The notes under the pieces were generated by a model that was not told the origin of the DNA, did no database searches, and saw only the letters and a program-made list of their open reading frames with translations. From contig CAWETI010000003.1 of the NCBI GenBank assembly GCA_963812015.1, positions 1,952,001 through 2,016,000 of the forward strand: a stretch of 64,000 bases of DNA. The letters run 5' to 3'. This document shows positions 49,192 through 58,033 of this stretch, in pieces. The translations under genes and the position numbers were made by a program. The first letter of the stretch is position 1; every line of letters starts with the position of its first letter. The stretch is from an uncultured delta proteobacterium. GTDB taxonomy: Bacteria > Desulfobacterota > Desulfobaccia > Desulfobaccales > 0-14-0-80-60-11.

Positions 49192-49602
49192 ATGGTTCGC
49201 AATAATGAAAAAAAGGGGCGACAGGGCCCCATCCAAAGTTCTCCAGCCGAGGCGGAGCTTTGGGAGATGCAGGCCGATATTTGCCAGACCCTGGCCAATC
49301 CCAAGAGACTGCAGATTATCAATCTGTTAAAAGAACAAGAACTTTCTGTGGGCGCGATGGTGAAGGCCATGGGAGTGGCCAAGGCGAATTTATCCCAGCA
49401 TCTGAGCGTGATGCGACAAAAAGGTATTTTGGCGACCCGCCGAGAGGGCACCACTATCTACTATCGGCTATCCATCCCTTATATCACCGAAGCCTGCGCG
49501 ATCATGCGCGAGGTACTGCTGGAAGTGCTGAGCGGCAGGGGCAAGTTTAGCCAGAGTTTTCTGAGTGCCGCAAACCAAGCGGAGGACGTGAAAGTTAAGT
49601 AA
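49192..49602 (+). CDS. ArsR/SmtB family transcriptional regulator
   Basis: LANPKRLQIINLL, NLSQHLSVMRQKGILATRREGTTIYYRL. Confidence 0.9.
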   Translation: MVRNNEKKGRQGPIQSSPAEAELWEMQADICQTLANPKRLQIINLLKEQELSVGAMVKAMGVAKANLSQHLSVMRQKGILATRREGTTIYYRLSIPYITEACAIMREVLLEVLSGRGKFSQSFLSAANQAEDVKVK

Positions 49603-49684
49603 GTTCAGCCATGGGACCGATTTTTTTTGCCTCTTTTGTTGCATTATTTCTAATTAATTAAATAATCTGAGTGGAGTTGATTGC

Positions 49685-50461
49685 ATGGCACCAAAAGCTT
49701 ACCAAACCGTAATTAACCGGGCTTTGATCCTTGAACCGATGCATGGTGCAATCATCGTGGACCGCAAGGAAAGAAAAGCGCAGGCGGCGCGGTTCCAAAA
49801 GACCCGCCGGATTAAACAGCTCTTTATGGGGACGGCGTTTCTGATCCTCCTGGCCGCAGGGTGGTTATACCCCCTGATCGGCTATTTTATCCCGGTTTGC
49901 ATGGTCCTGGGCATTGGCATGGCCGCCTTCCAGGGGAGGTCATGGTGTAACTGGCTCTGTCCCCGGGGCTCTTTTGAGGACACCTGGCTGGCCAAAATCA
50001 GCCGCGGCCGACCAATTCCCCAAGTCTTTCGCTCAACCCGCCTGCGCGTCGTGGTCATGACCTTCCTGATGGGGATGTTGACCTGGCAAATTCTTCGGTT
50101 GTGGCCGACCCCCTGGGCTATCGGCGGTTTTTTCGTCCTGCTGCTCTCCATTACCACTGCGGTGGGAGTAGGTTTAGGCATTATCTTTCACCAGCGGACC
50201 TGGTGTTATATCTGTCCCATCGGCACCATGTCAAACTGGGTGGGGAAAAACCGGCGTCCGCTGACCGTAGCCGTGGAAAGATGTACGCAATGTAACCTAT
50301 GTGCCCAAAAATGCCCCATGCAGCTTTCCCCCGCGGCAATTAAGGGGCAGTCATCCATGCAGCACGGGGGTGACTGTCTCAAGTGCAGGGTCTGCGTGGA
50401 GAGCTGCCCCAAGGCGGCTCTGGCTTTTCAAAGGGGATCCCTCGGCCGTGAAGCCGCCTGA
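49685..50461 (+). CDS. Membrane 4Fe-4S binding protein (NapH/MauN-like polyferredoxin)
   Basis: WCNWLCPRG, WCYICPIG, CTQCNLCAQKCP, CLKCRVCVESCP, TM helices; start uncertain. Confidence 0.85.
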   Translation: MAPKAYQTVINRALILEPMHGAIIVDRKERKAQAARFQKTRRIKQLFMGTAFLILLAAGWLYPLIGYFIPVCMVLGIGMAAFQGRSWCNWLCPRGSFEDTWLAKISRGRPIPQVFRSTRLRVVVMTFLMGMLTWQILRLWPTPWAIGGFFVLLLSITTAVGVGLGIIFHQRTWCYICPIGTMSNWVGKNRRPLTVAVERCTQCNLCAQKCPMQLSPAAIKGQSSMQHGGDCLKCRVCVESCPKAALAFQRGSLGREAA

Positions 50462-50532
50462 AGCGGGTTTGGGGTGGCAGGTGAGAAAAATTTACCGTAT
50501 TACGCAAAACTTTGACTTTATTGAGATATTGA

Positions 50533-52167
50533 GTGTATATGAATAATAGTTCATATCCCGGTGGTCGACGCCAACGAGACCGACCGGAAGCAGCCATTCA
50601 GGTGGAGAGCGAGGGCACCATAGCAGAACAATACAGCCTCTTCAGGAAAATATTCGACTACCTGCCCGATCCGGTGCTGGTGCTGAACCTTGATTATATC
50701 GTCGAGGAAGTGAATCAAACCTTCCTCAGCCGTTTCCAGAAAAATGTTGAGGAGGTGATCGGCAAACGCTGTTACGAAGTCTGTCGTCAGTTGGAGGGGC
50801 CCTGCGACCAGCAGGGATTGGTCTGCCCTCTGCCGCAAGTCATCGAAAAGTGCAAGACTAGCTGGGTCATGCAGTGCTATCCGGGTCCCGACGGCGCGAT
50901 GCGCTACGAGGAGATCACCATGTCGCCCTTGTGTCCGCCGGAAGGTAACAGGAAAAGGGTGATCGAGGTCATTAAGGACGTCACTGCCCGCCAGCAACTG
51001 CGAGGCGCCCTGCACAACTCTGAGGCAAAGACCCTCCAGCTTCTCAGGCAGGCCACCCAGGGGAAGGCCTTCCTGGAGACGATTGTCAACGGCATTGAGG
51101 ATCACATGATGGTGATCGACCTCGATTACCGTATCATTGAGGTCAACCGGGCTTTGCTCGAGATGGTGGGGTTAAAACGGGAAGACGTGGTGGGCAAACA
51201 CTGTTATGAGGTATCGCACCATCTGGAGAAGCCGTGCGCCAGTCCTGATCACCCGTGCCCCTTGAAAGACGCGGTGGCCACCCGTAAGGCGGCCTCCGTC
51301 ACCCATGTGCACTTCGACAAGGACAACCGGGAACATTACATTCACGTGGTCTGTCACCCATTGTTTGACGAGCACGGAGTGGTCCACCGAGTGATTGACT
51401 TGTCCCGGGACATCACCGAGGAAATCGCTGATCGCACCCGGATGCTGCACGATGATAAAATGACTTCTTTGGGGAAATTGTCCGCCAGCGTGGTGCATGA
51501 AATCAACAATCCGCTGACCGGCATCCTCAACTTCACCAAATTGATGCAACGCACGCTGAAAAATTGGGCCCCCCGTGAGGCCGGATTGGGGCAGATACAC
51601 AATTATCTCAAGATGATTTATAATGAAACGTCTCGGGTCAGCAAAACGGTGTCCAACCTGCTGGCCTTTTCCCGGAAGACCAAGCCGGAATTCAAACCGA
51701 TGGATCTCAATGGCCTGCTGGCCGAAACGGTATCACTAACCGAGTACCAGATGCGGCTGCAGGGCATCACGGTGGAACGCCAATTGGCTTCGGATCTGCT
51801 CCCGGTCATGGGAGATCAGGGATGGATGAAACAAGCTTTATTGAATCTCGTGTTGAATGCCATAGACGCCATGCCGAAGGGTGGAACTCTGACCTTGACG
51901 ACCAACAATTCCCGAGGCCGACAGGTGGTGATGAAGGTTGCCGACACGGGAGTGGGTATCCCCAAGGATTATTTTTCCCAGATATTTGAACCCTTCTATA
52001 CCACCAAAAAGGCCGGCTCCGGGGTGGGGCTGGGGCTCGCCGTGGTATACGGAATCGTCCGGGACCACAAGGGCAGCATCAAAGTGGATAGCGTCGTGGG
52101 GCAGGGGACCTCATTCACTATCAGTCTGCCAGCCTTTAAACCGGGAGAAGAGCGTGCTGCCACATAA
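50533..52167 (+). CDS. Cytoplasmic PAS-PAS sensor histidine kinase (NtrB-like)
   Basis: Two Cys-containing PAS domains (GKRCYE..C..CP; GKHCYE..C..CP), VHEINNPL, NAIDAM, GVGLGL; start uncertain. Confidence 0.92.
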   Translation: MYMNNSSYPGGRRQRDRPEAAIQVESEGTIAEQYSLFRKIFDYLPDPVLVLNLDYIVEEVNQTFLSRFQKNVEEVIGKRCYEVCRQLEGPCDQQGLVCPLPQVIEKCKTSWVMQCYPGPDGAMRYEEITMSPLCPPEGNRKRVIEVIKDVTARQQLRGALHNSEAKTLQLLRQATQGKAFLETIVNGIEDHMMVIDLDYRIIEVNRALLEMVGLKREDVVGKHCYEVSHHLEKPCASPDHPCPLKDAVATRKAASVTHVHFDKDNREHYIHVVCHPLFDEHGVVHRVIDLSRDITEEIADRTRMLHDDKMTSLGKLSASVVHEINNPLTGILNFTKLMQRTLKNWAPREAGLGQIHNYLKMIYNETSRVSKTVSNLLAFSRKTKPEFKPMDLNGLLAETVSLTEYQMRLQGITVERQLASDLLPVMGDQGWMKQALLNLVLNAIDAMPKGGTLTLTTNNSRGRQVVMKVADTGVGIPKDYFSQIFEPFYTTKKAGSGVGLGLAVVYGIVRDHKGSIKVDSVVGQGTSFTISLPAFKPGEERAAT

Positions 52168-53503
52168 AAAGATTAAAATCCTGGTGGTGGATGACGAGCT
52201 CAGCATCCGCGAATCTTTATGCGGCTGGCTGCAGCAGGACGGCTATCAGGTGGAAACCGCGGCCGATGGGCCGGCGGCTCTATCCAGGACTCAGGACCAA
52301 CACTATGACATCATGCTCATCGATGTCAAAATGCCCGAGATGGACGGCCTCACCCTGCTCAAGAAATTGAAGGAAGGCGATCCCGACACGACCATAGTTA
52401 TGATGACGGCCCACGGCGATATCCATGACGCGGTGGAGGCCATGAAGCTGGGCGCCTATGATTATCTGCTCAAGCCCTTCGAGCTGGAGGAACTGAGCTT
52501 TACCATCGAGAAGCTGGTCAAGATGCAGACCCTGGCGATGGAGAATCTGATCTTAAAAGACCGGGTGGCGTCCATGACGCGCTTTGAAAACCTGGTGGGC
52601 CTGTCTCCGTCCATGCTCAAGCTGTTCGAGGCCATTGTCGATGTGGCCAAAAGCGATGCCACCGTCTTGATCACCGGGGAAACCGGCACCGGCAAAGAAC
52701 TGGTGGCCCGGGCCATTCATGCACAGAGTCCGCGGTGTTATGCACCCTTTATTGCCATCAACTGCGGGGCCTTCACGGAACACCTCCTGGAAAGCGAACT
52801 CTTCGGTCATGAAAAAGGGGCCTTCACGGACGCCAAATATACCAAAAAAGGCCGGCTGGAAATGGCGCATGCCGGGACCCTCTTCCTCGATGAAGTGGGT
52901 GACATCTCCATGAAGATGCAGATTGATCTGCTCAGGGTCCTGGAGACCCGGGAATTCACCCGGGTGGGAGGAACCGTGTCGTTGCATAGCGACTTTCGGG
53001 TCATCGCCGCCACCAACCAGGACCTCCAGGAAGCCATTCGGGCAAAAACCTTTCGGCAGGATTTATTTTACCGCCTGAACGTCATCCACATCCAGGTGCC
53101 GCCCCTACGGGAACGGCCGGAAGATATCCCGCTGCTGGCCCAGCATTTCATGAGACGCTATGCCACCGAGACCAACAAAAAAATTGACTCCATCCATCCG
53201 GAGGCCCTGGAAGCGATGCGTCGGTATCCCTGGCCGGGGAATGTCAGGGAACTGGAAAACGCCATAGAACGGGCGGTGGTGGTGGGAAAAGGCCGTCAGA
53301 TCAAACTGAGCGACCTGCCCTTTGTTATGCCTGCCGGCGGGGCGGCAGAAGTGGGAGAGTTATCCCTGGAGGAGATGGAGCGCCAACACATCGCCCGGAT
53401 ACTGACCGCAGAGGGCGGCAACTTGTCCAACGTCGCCAAGGTTCTCCGCATCAACCGCTCCACGCTCTACCATAAAATTAAGAAATATGGCCTGGCGCCT
53501 TAA
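52154..53503 (+). CDS. Sigma-54-dependent response regulator (AtoC/NtrC-like)
   Basis: REC domain, [30 protein letters not shown] start overlaps the kinase stop. Confidence 0.93.
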   Translation: MLPHKKIKILVVDDELSIRESLCGWLQQDGYQVETAADGPAALSRTQDQHYDIMLIDVKMPEMDGLTLLKKLKEGDPDTTIVMMTAHGDIHDAVEAMKLGAYDYLLKPFELEELSFTIEKLVKMQTLAMENLILKDRVASMTRFENLVGLSPSMLKLFEAIVDVAKSDATVLITGETGTGKELVARAIHAQSPRCYAPFIAINCGAFTEHLLESELFGHEKGAFTDAKYTKKGRLEMAHAGTLFLDEVGDISMKMQIDLLRVLETREFTRVGGTVSLHSDFRVIAATNQDLQEAIRAKTFRQDLFYRLNVIHIQVPPLRERPEDIPLLAQHFMRRYATETNKKIDSIHPEALEAMRRYPWPGNVRELENAIERAVVVGKGRQIKLSDLPFVMPAGGAAEVGELSLEEMERQHIARILTAEGGNLSNVAKVLRINRSTLYHKIKKYGLAP

Positions 53504-53548
53504 AAACGGACAGCCAAGCGGCCTTGCGGCCCGATCACCTAGGACAAT

Positions 53549-54187
53549 ATGGCATATCGTCCGTTTTTAGGCCTGGTGGCCTTGGGTCCGGTCGATCCCG
53601 AGATCCTGAGGCGTTTGCGCATCGCCATCGCCAAATTTTTTCTTCTACCGGTGCGAGTGCTCCGCCCCCAACCCTTGCCCCCGCCAACCTACCACGCGGT
53701 GCGTTGCCAGTACCATTCCACCCAGCTTCTGGAATACTTATTGGCCGAAGATACTTCAGGGGCTTTCCGCATATTAGGGGTTACCGCGATGGACCTCTAT
53801 ATCCCGATCTTCACCTTCGTGTTTGGAGAAGCCCAATTGGATGGGAAGGCCGCGATCATCTCAATGTTTCGGCCTCGCGGGGGGGCTGACCACCCCCTGC
53901 CGCCAAGGTCGGTCTTGTTAAAACGTCTCATCAAGTTGAGCCTGCATGAATTGGGGCATACCTTCGGCCTGGGTCATTGCCGGGAGGAAGCCTGTCTCAT
54001 GGGTTTTTCCGCCAACCTCGAAGACTTGGACCAAAGGAATTTGGCATTTTGTAAGTATTGCCAGGTGCTTCTGGCTGACTACTTCCGGGACAAGGGACTG
54101 ATCCCCGGATTTAAACGGTATGAAGAAACTCCTGCACCAGGCGCTCCCATCCCAGTTGCGGATAGTGGCCATAGACGTCGTCGATGA
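53549..54187 (+). CDS. Archaemetzincin family Zn metalloprotease
   Basis: DLY...FVFGEA, HELGHTFGLGHC....CLM, FCKYC. Confidence 0.9.
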   Translation: MAYRPFLGLVALGPVDPEILRRLRIAIAKFFLLPVRVLRPQPLPPPTYHAVRCQYHSTQLLEYLLAEDTSGAFRILGVTAMDLYIPIFTFVFGEAQLDGKAAIISMFRPRGGADHPLPPRSVLLKRLIKLSLHELGHTFGLGHCREEACLMGFSANLEDLDQRNLAFCKYCQVLLADYFRDKGLIPGFKRYEETPAPGAPIPVADSGHRRRR

Positions 54188-54938
54188 TCGTTCCCCCGGA
54201 GGGGAGAGTGACCCCCGCCGAGGATTCCAGCATCCCCAGAAGCCGGTTCGACTCATTTTCTATCCAGGTGATATTGCGCTGGCCAAAGAGCATATGCTCC
54301 AGATCCGGTTTCAAATTGGTGGGGGTGACCACCATCAGCCAGCCCTCGCCGTAGGGGTCGTCATGGACCAGACTTGGTGTTTGCCGGACTTTGGGATTCA
54401 CTACCTCGATGACGCCGGTTATCGGTGAGAGAACCTTGGCTTTTTTCCCCTGGCGGGCCAAGACCAGCCCAACCGTGTCAAGATGAGCTTTTTCCCCCAG
54501 GTGGGGCAGCTTCATCTCGTCGGCGGGACCAAGAATCTTCTGAGAAAAGTCGTCCAGCCCGATACGCACCCGGCCGGCACTCTCCAGGGCCGCCCAGGCA
54601 TGACCCCGGTGCAAGTAGCGAGAAGGTTCCACCCTAAAGCCGAAAACTTCCTGACCCTGGGCTTTATCTGGACAAACAAAGCATTCCAGTTGATCTTCCA
54701 GAAGTTGATCGAAGGACCGCTGCCGCTGCTTTTGTTTGAAGTGATAGATGCCGCCGCGATCGCCTGTGAGCGGTTCGCCCGCTTGCCGCATGGCCTGGTT
54801 TTGGGCGGCAGCTGCGGTCATAGCCTGGTCGAATTCGCAGTTCGCACAATCAAAACAATGATTGCAAATCTTGAAATCGACCACCCCAGCTTCCATCCAG
54901 ATGCAGGGCCTTTTTCCTTCAGTGGCGTTCTTTATCAT
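54111..54938 (-). CDS. GcvH-like protein with N-terminal Cys-rich domain
   Basis: CIWMEAGVVDFKICNHCFDCANCEFD; HRGHAWA, RIGLDDF, VVNP, DPYGEGWL. Confidence 0.85.
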   Translation of the reverse strand: MIKNATEGKRPCIWMEAGVVDFKICNHCFDCANCEFDQAMTAAAAQNQAMRQAGEPLTGDRGGIYHFKQKQRQRSFDQLLEDQLECFVCPDKAQGQEVFGFRVEPSRYLHRGHAWAALESAGRVRIGLDDFSQKILGPADEMKLPHLGEKAHLDTVGLVLARQGKKAKVLSPITGVIEVVNPKVRQTPSLVHDDPYGEGWLMVVTPTNLKPDLEHMLFGQRNITWIENESNRLLGMLESSAGVTLPSGGTIIDDVYGHYPQLGWERLVQEFLHTV

Positions 54939-55013
54939 GGGCTTGCTTCCCCAATAGGGCCAGAAGGACGAGGCCTTTTGCTCCGGCAGCCGCGTCCTCC
55001 CCGCCGATCACGT

Positions 55014-55625
55014 TCATGATCTTTTCTTCCAGCTCTTGGTTAAATTCTTTAAGAAAAACTCCTGCGCCAGACGTCGCCAGCCATACTCGGCGAAAACCTC
55101 AGCAACCAATTCGCCGCCGGTGGGTAAAGTGTGCTGTGTGTTATCGAGGTTAATCAACCGCTGGGACTCCTGCTCGATCCAGGCGGCATTGGCCTCCCCA
55201 TAAGACAAATTCTCCAGATTCTGTTTGAGATTGCATGGCTTGACCATGAAGAGCCACCCTTCTCCATAGGGATCGTCATGGATCAGTCCAGGCTGCTGCT
55301 TAACCTTGGGGTTGACGGCCTCGATGGTGCCGTCCACCGGCGCCAGGATGGAGGCTTTGCGCCCCTCTCTGAGCAGCGCCATGCAAACATGTCCCTGATA
55401 ATACACCTTGCCGATCTCGGGTAATTTCAGTTCGTCAGCTGGCCCCAAGATTTTCTGAGAAAAGTCATCCACGCCAACCCGCACCTGTCCGTCTTCGGGT
55501 ACTGCCCAGGCGTGGCCCGGGTGCAGGTAAAAGATGCTGGTAGGCACCTGGAAGCCATAGACTTTTACCATATGAGGTGTCTGGGCTTCTTGCCGACCTT
55601 TCTCTCCCTTATCTTGCTGAGACAT
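55014..55625 (-). CDS. GcvH-like protein
   Basis: HPGHAWA, RVGVDDF, APVDGTIEAVN, DPYGEGWL. Confidence 0.85.
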   Translation of the reverse strand: MSQQDKGEKGRQEAQTPHMVKVYGFQVPTSIFYLHPGHAWAVPEDGQVRVGVDDFSQKILGPADELKLPEIGKVYYQGHVCMALLREGRKASILAPVDGTIEAVNPKVKQQPGLIHDDPYGEGWLFMVKPCNLKQNLENLSYGEANAAWIEQESQRLINLDNTQHTLPTGGELVAEVFAEYGWRRLAQEFFLKNLTKSWKKRS

Positions 55626-55690
55626 GACCGGTCCCTCCTTTTCTTATCCAACTCCTGAACTCATAAATTATTGGACTTGCCTTACCACAA

Positions 55691-55706
55691 AGCAAAGGGT
55701 GTGCCA
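55691..55706 (-). promoter_or_regulatory. Sigma-54 promoter for the leftward GcvH-like genes
   Basis: TGGCACaccctTTGCT on the minus strand, consensus -24/-12. Confidence 0.85.
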
Positions 55707-56090
55707 GTTTTGGCCTAATGATATATCTATAAGGAATCACTAATAATTTAAATCATCTCTCTCTTCATCCTGGAAATTATCCAAGGACCTGGGGTTAACT
55801 TTATGTGGAATAATCCAACAAGCACTCCTGACGATTTAATTAACCTATTAATATTTGTAAGGAATTTATTGTTGGATTATTAAACAATGATTTTGGGGTA
55901 CGGGACAGAATTGACCGAGAACCCGACGGATATAATCCGGGTCGGCTCTCATACCAGAGGAGGCGAGGGAGAGAATGCATCTGCTTCAAGAGGGCGTCCG
56001 GGGTGTCGTAAAAATAACGAGGTCACGGCCGATCTCGTGTCATGTCCCGGGAGGATCTTACAATTTCCGGCTTTCATTCTCGGAGGCTGT

Positions 56091-56119
56091 TGTAGAGGCG
56101 GTTCGCGAACCGCCCCTAC
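56091..56119. repeat. REP-like palindrome
   Basis: tgtagaggcggttcgcgaaccgcccctac (GTAG-type imperfect palindrome). Confidence 0.6.
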
Positions 56120-56178
56120 GAGAACCTCACCAACATGGGAAAATATTTTTGAAAGATATATCTGGGACCCAACACTAT

Positions 56179-56306
56179 AAGCCATTTCAAAACCTGCTCT
56201 TTGGTCATCCTGAACGGAGTGAAGGATCTCGCCTTATTAAACATACGAGATTCTTGGCTACGCTCAGAATGACAATTCTCTATCAATCCAGGTTTTAAAA
56301 TAGCTT
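56179..56306. repeat. MITE-like palindromic repeat
   Basis: Terminal inverted repeats aagccatttcaaaacctg / aagctattttaaaacctg (16/18) around a gtcatcctgaacg...cgctcagaatgac stem. Confidence 0.7.
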
Positions 56307-56811
56307 CTCGATTGATCTCGCGGCAACCGAAAACGGCTTCGCCTTTTCTTCCTTGGGACCACCGTAATCCCGACGCAGTGGAAGAAAGTCTGCTTCGCAC
56401 TATCCCAAGCTGACAAGACATGATCCACCGTCTACCCAGGGCCAAACCATCTCCGCCCTGTGCTCCTCCCGATAATCTACTCGGCCGCATAACGCTTCCC
56501 GCCGCCCTCCGGCCCGTCATTCTCCCATACTTAAAGATAAATCAGCTTTTGGGGCCCAGATTATATCCATCCATGATTTGAAAGCCATGCCAAATCAGGT
56601 CATTGTCGATTCCGCCACAGCAGGAAAGACTATTGTTGAATAATCCAACAATATTTTCCCTTTATATATTAAGAGGTTAATTCGTGTGAGCGGTTATTTG
56701 TTGCATTATTATACATAAGCTCAGGCCCAGTGGCGGGGGGAAGTCCAGCAGTTGGTGCAGGGTCTATTTTTTTAATAGTTTATTCAATGAGTTAAATAAT
56801 CTTTCCTGAAC

Positions 56812-56827
56812 TGGCACAGCCTTTGCT
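56812..56827 (+). promoter_or_regulatory. Sigma-54 promoter for the rightward GcvH-like gene (and possibly hdrA)
   Basis: TGGCACagcctTTGCT, consensus -24/-12. Confidence 0.85.
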
Positions 56828-56881
56828 TTACGGTAAGGCAAGTTCGATTATGAACTATTTGTCATGAAGGAGAGATCGACT

Positions 56882-57826
56882 ATGTCTCAGCACAATAAGG
56901 GAGAAAAAGGTCAGCGGGAGGGCACTACACCTCCGCAAAAACCTCAGATGGCGGAAGTCTTTGGCTTTAAGGTGCCCATCAGCACCTATTATTTGCACCG
57001 GGGCCACGCCTGGGCAGTGGTGGAAAACGCAGACCAGGTGCGGGTGGGCGTGGATGACTTTTCCCAGAAGGTTTTGGGTCCGGCCGACCAGCTCAAGTTA
57101 CCCGATGTCGGCAAAATTTATTATCAGGATCACATCTGCATGGCCCTGTCCAGGCAAGGACACAAAGCCCCCTTTCTGTCGCCGGTGGATGGGGTGATCG
57201 AGGCCGTGAACCCCAAGGTTCGCAAAAGGCCGAGCTTGGTCCACGACGATCCCTATCAGGAAGGCTGGCTCTTCATGGTCAAGCCCTCAAATCTCCAGCC
57301 CAATTTGGACAACTTGCTCTTTGGCGAGGGCAACCTCGCCTGGATCGATCAAGAGGCTCACCGCTTACTGAATTTCATGGATGCCGCGGTGGGCGCCACC
57401 CTCCCGTCCGGCGGCGCCATAATCGATGATGTCTACGGTCATTATCCCGATTTAGGCTGGCGGCCTCTGGTCCAGGATTTTCTCCTCCCCATCTTGGGAA
57501 AAAGCTGGAGGAAACGGTCTGAGGCAGCCCGAAGGGCGACGGAGGAGGATCCGGAAGAACTGCTGACGCAAAGGCGGGAAGTCTTTCGGATACTGAACCG
57601 CACCGCCGAAGACAAGGAGTTTTCATCAGCCTTGAGGGATATGGAGATCGAGGCCCTGGAAACCTATAAGCTCTCCCCCGCGGCAGAAAGCGCCATCCTG
57701 TCGGGCGATTTGAAATGGCTCAATGAGCACATTGGCGAGCTTACCCAGAAACAGCTCATGTTTGTTCTTTCTTGTCTGCTTCCCGCCGCGTTGGCTCGAG
57801 GCAGCCAGGAACAGCCGGTGCGGTAA
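56882..57826 (+). CDS. GcvH-like protein with C-terminal helical extension
   Basis: HRGHAWA, RVGVDDF, SPVDGVIEAVN, DPYQEGWL; paralog of 55014-55625; start at MSQHNK. Confidence 0.85.
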   Translation: MSQHNKGEKGQREGTTPPQKPQMAEVFGFKVPISTYYLHRGHAWAVVENADQVRVGVDDFSQKVLGPADQLKLPDVGKIYYQDHICMALSRQGHKAPFLSPVDGVIEAVNPKVRKRPSLVHDDPYQEGWLFMVKPSNLQPNLDNLLFGEGNLAWIDQEAHRLLNFMDAAVGATLPSGGAIIDDVYGHYPDLGWRPLVQDFLLPILGKSWRKRSEAARRATEEDPEELLTQRREVFRILNRTAEDKEFSSALRDMEIEALETYKLSPAAESAILSGDLKWLNEHIGELTQKQLMFVLSCLLPAALARGSQEQPVR

Positions 57827-58033
57827 AGACCTGGCCACCTTACCGCGGCTCTGACGCACCAGCAACCGCTGCCGGAATGGGCAGTGGAGATCAACAACAA
57901 AGGTCCTGGTGATGGGAGGCGTAGCGGTGGCCTGGAGCTTGGAGCCCCGGCTGCAGCACTTCTCTTAACTTCCTTAGCGTTGCGGCTGCTTTTTAGCCAC
58001 TCTAACGGACAAACCGAGAGGAGAGAGGCGATT

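Noticed and set aside
54111..57826. Glycine cleavage system (gcvH symbol)
   Set aside because: No gcvP/gcvT nearby and the lipoylation motif is not conserved
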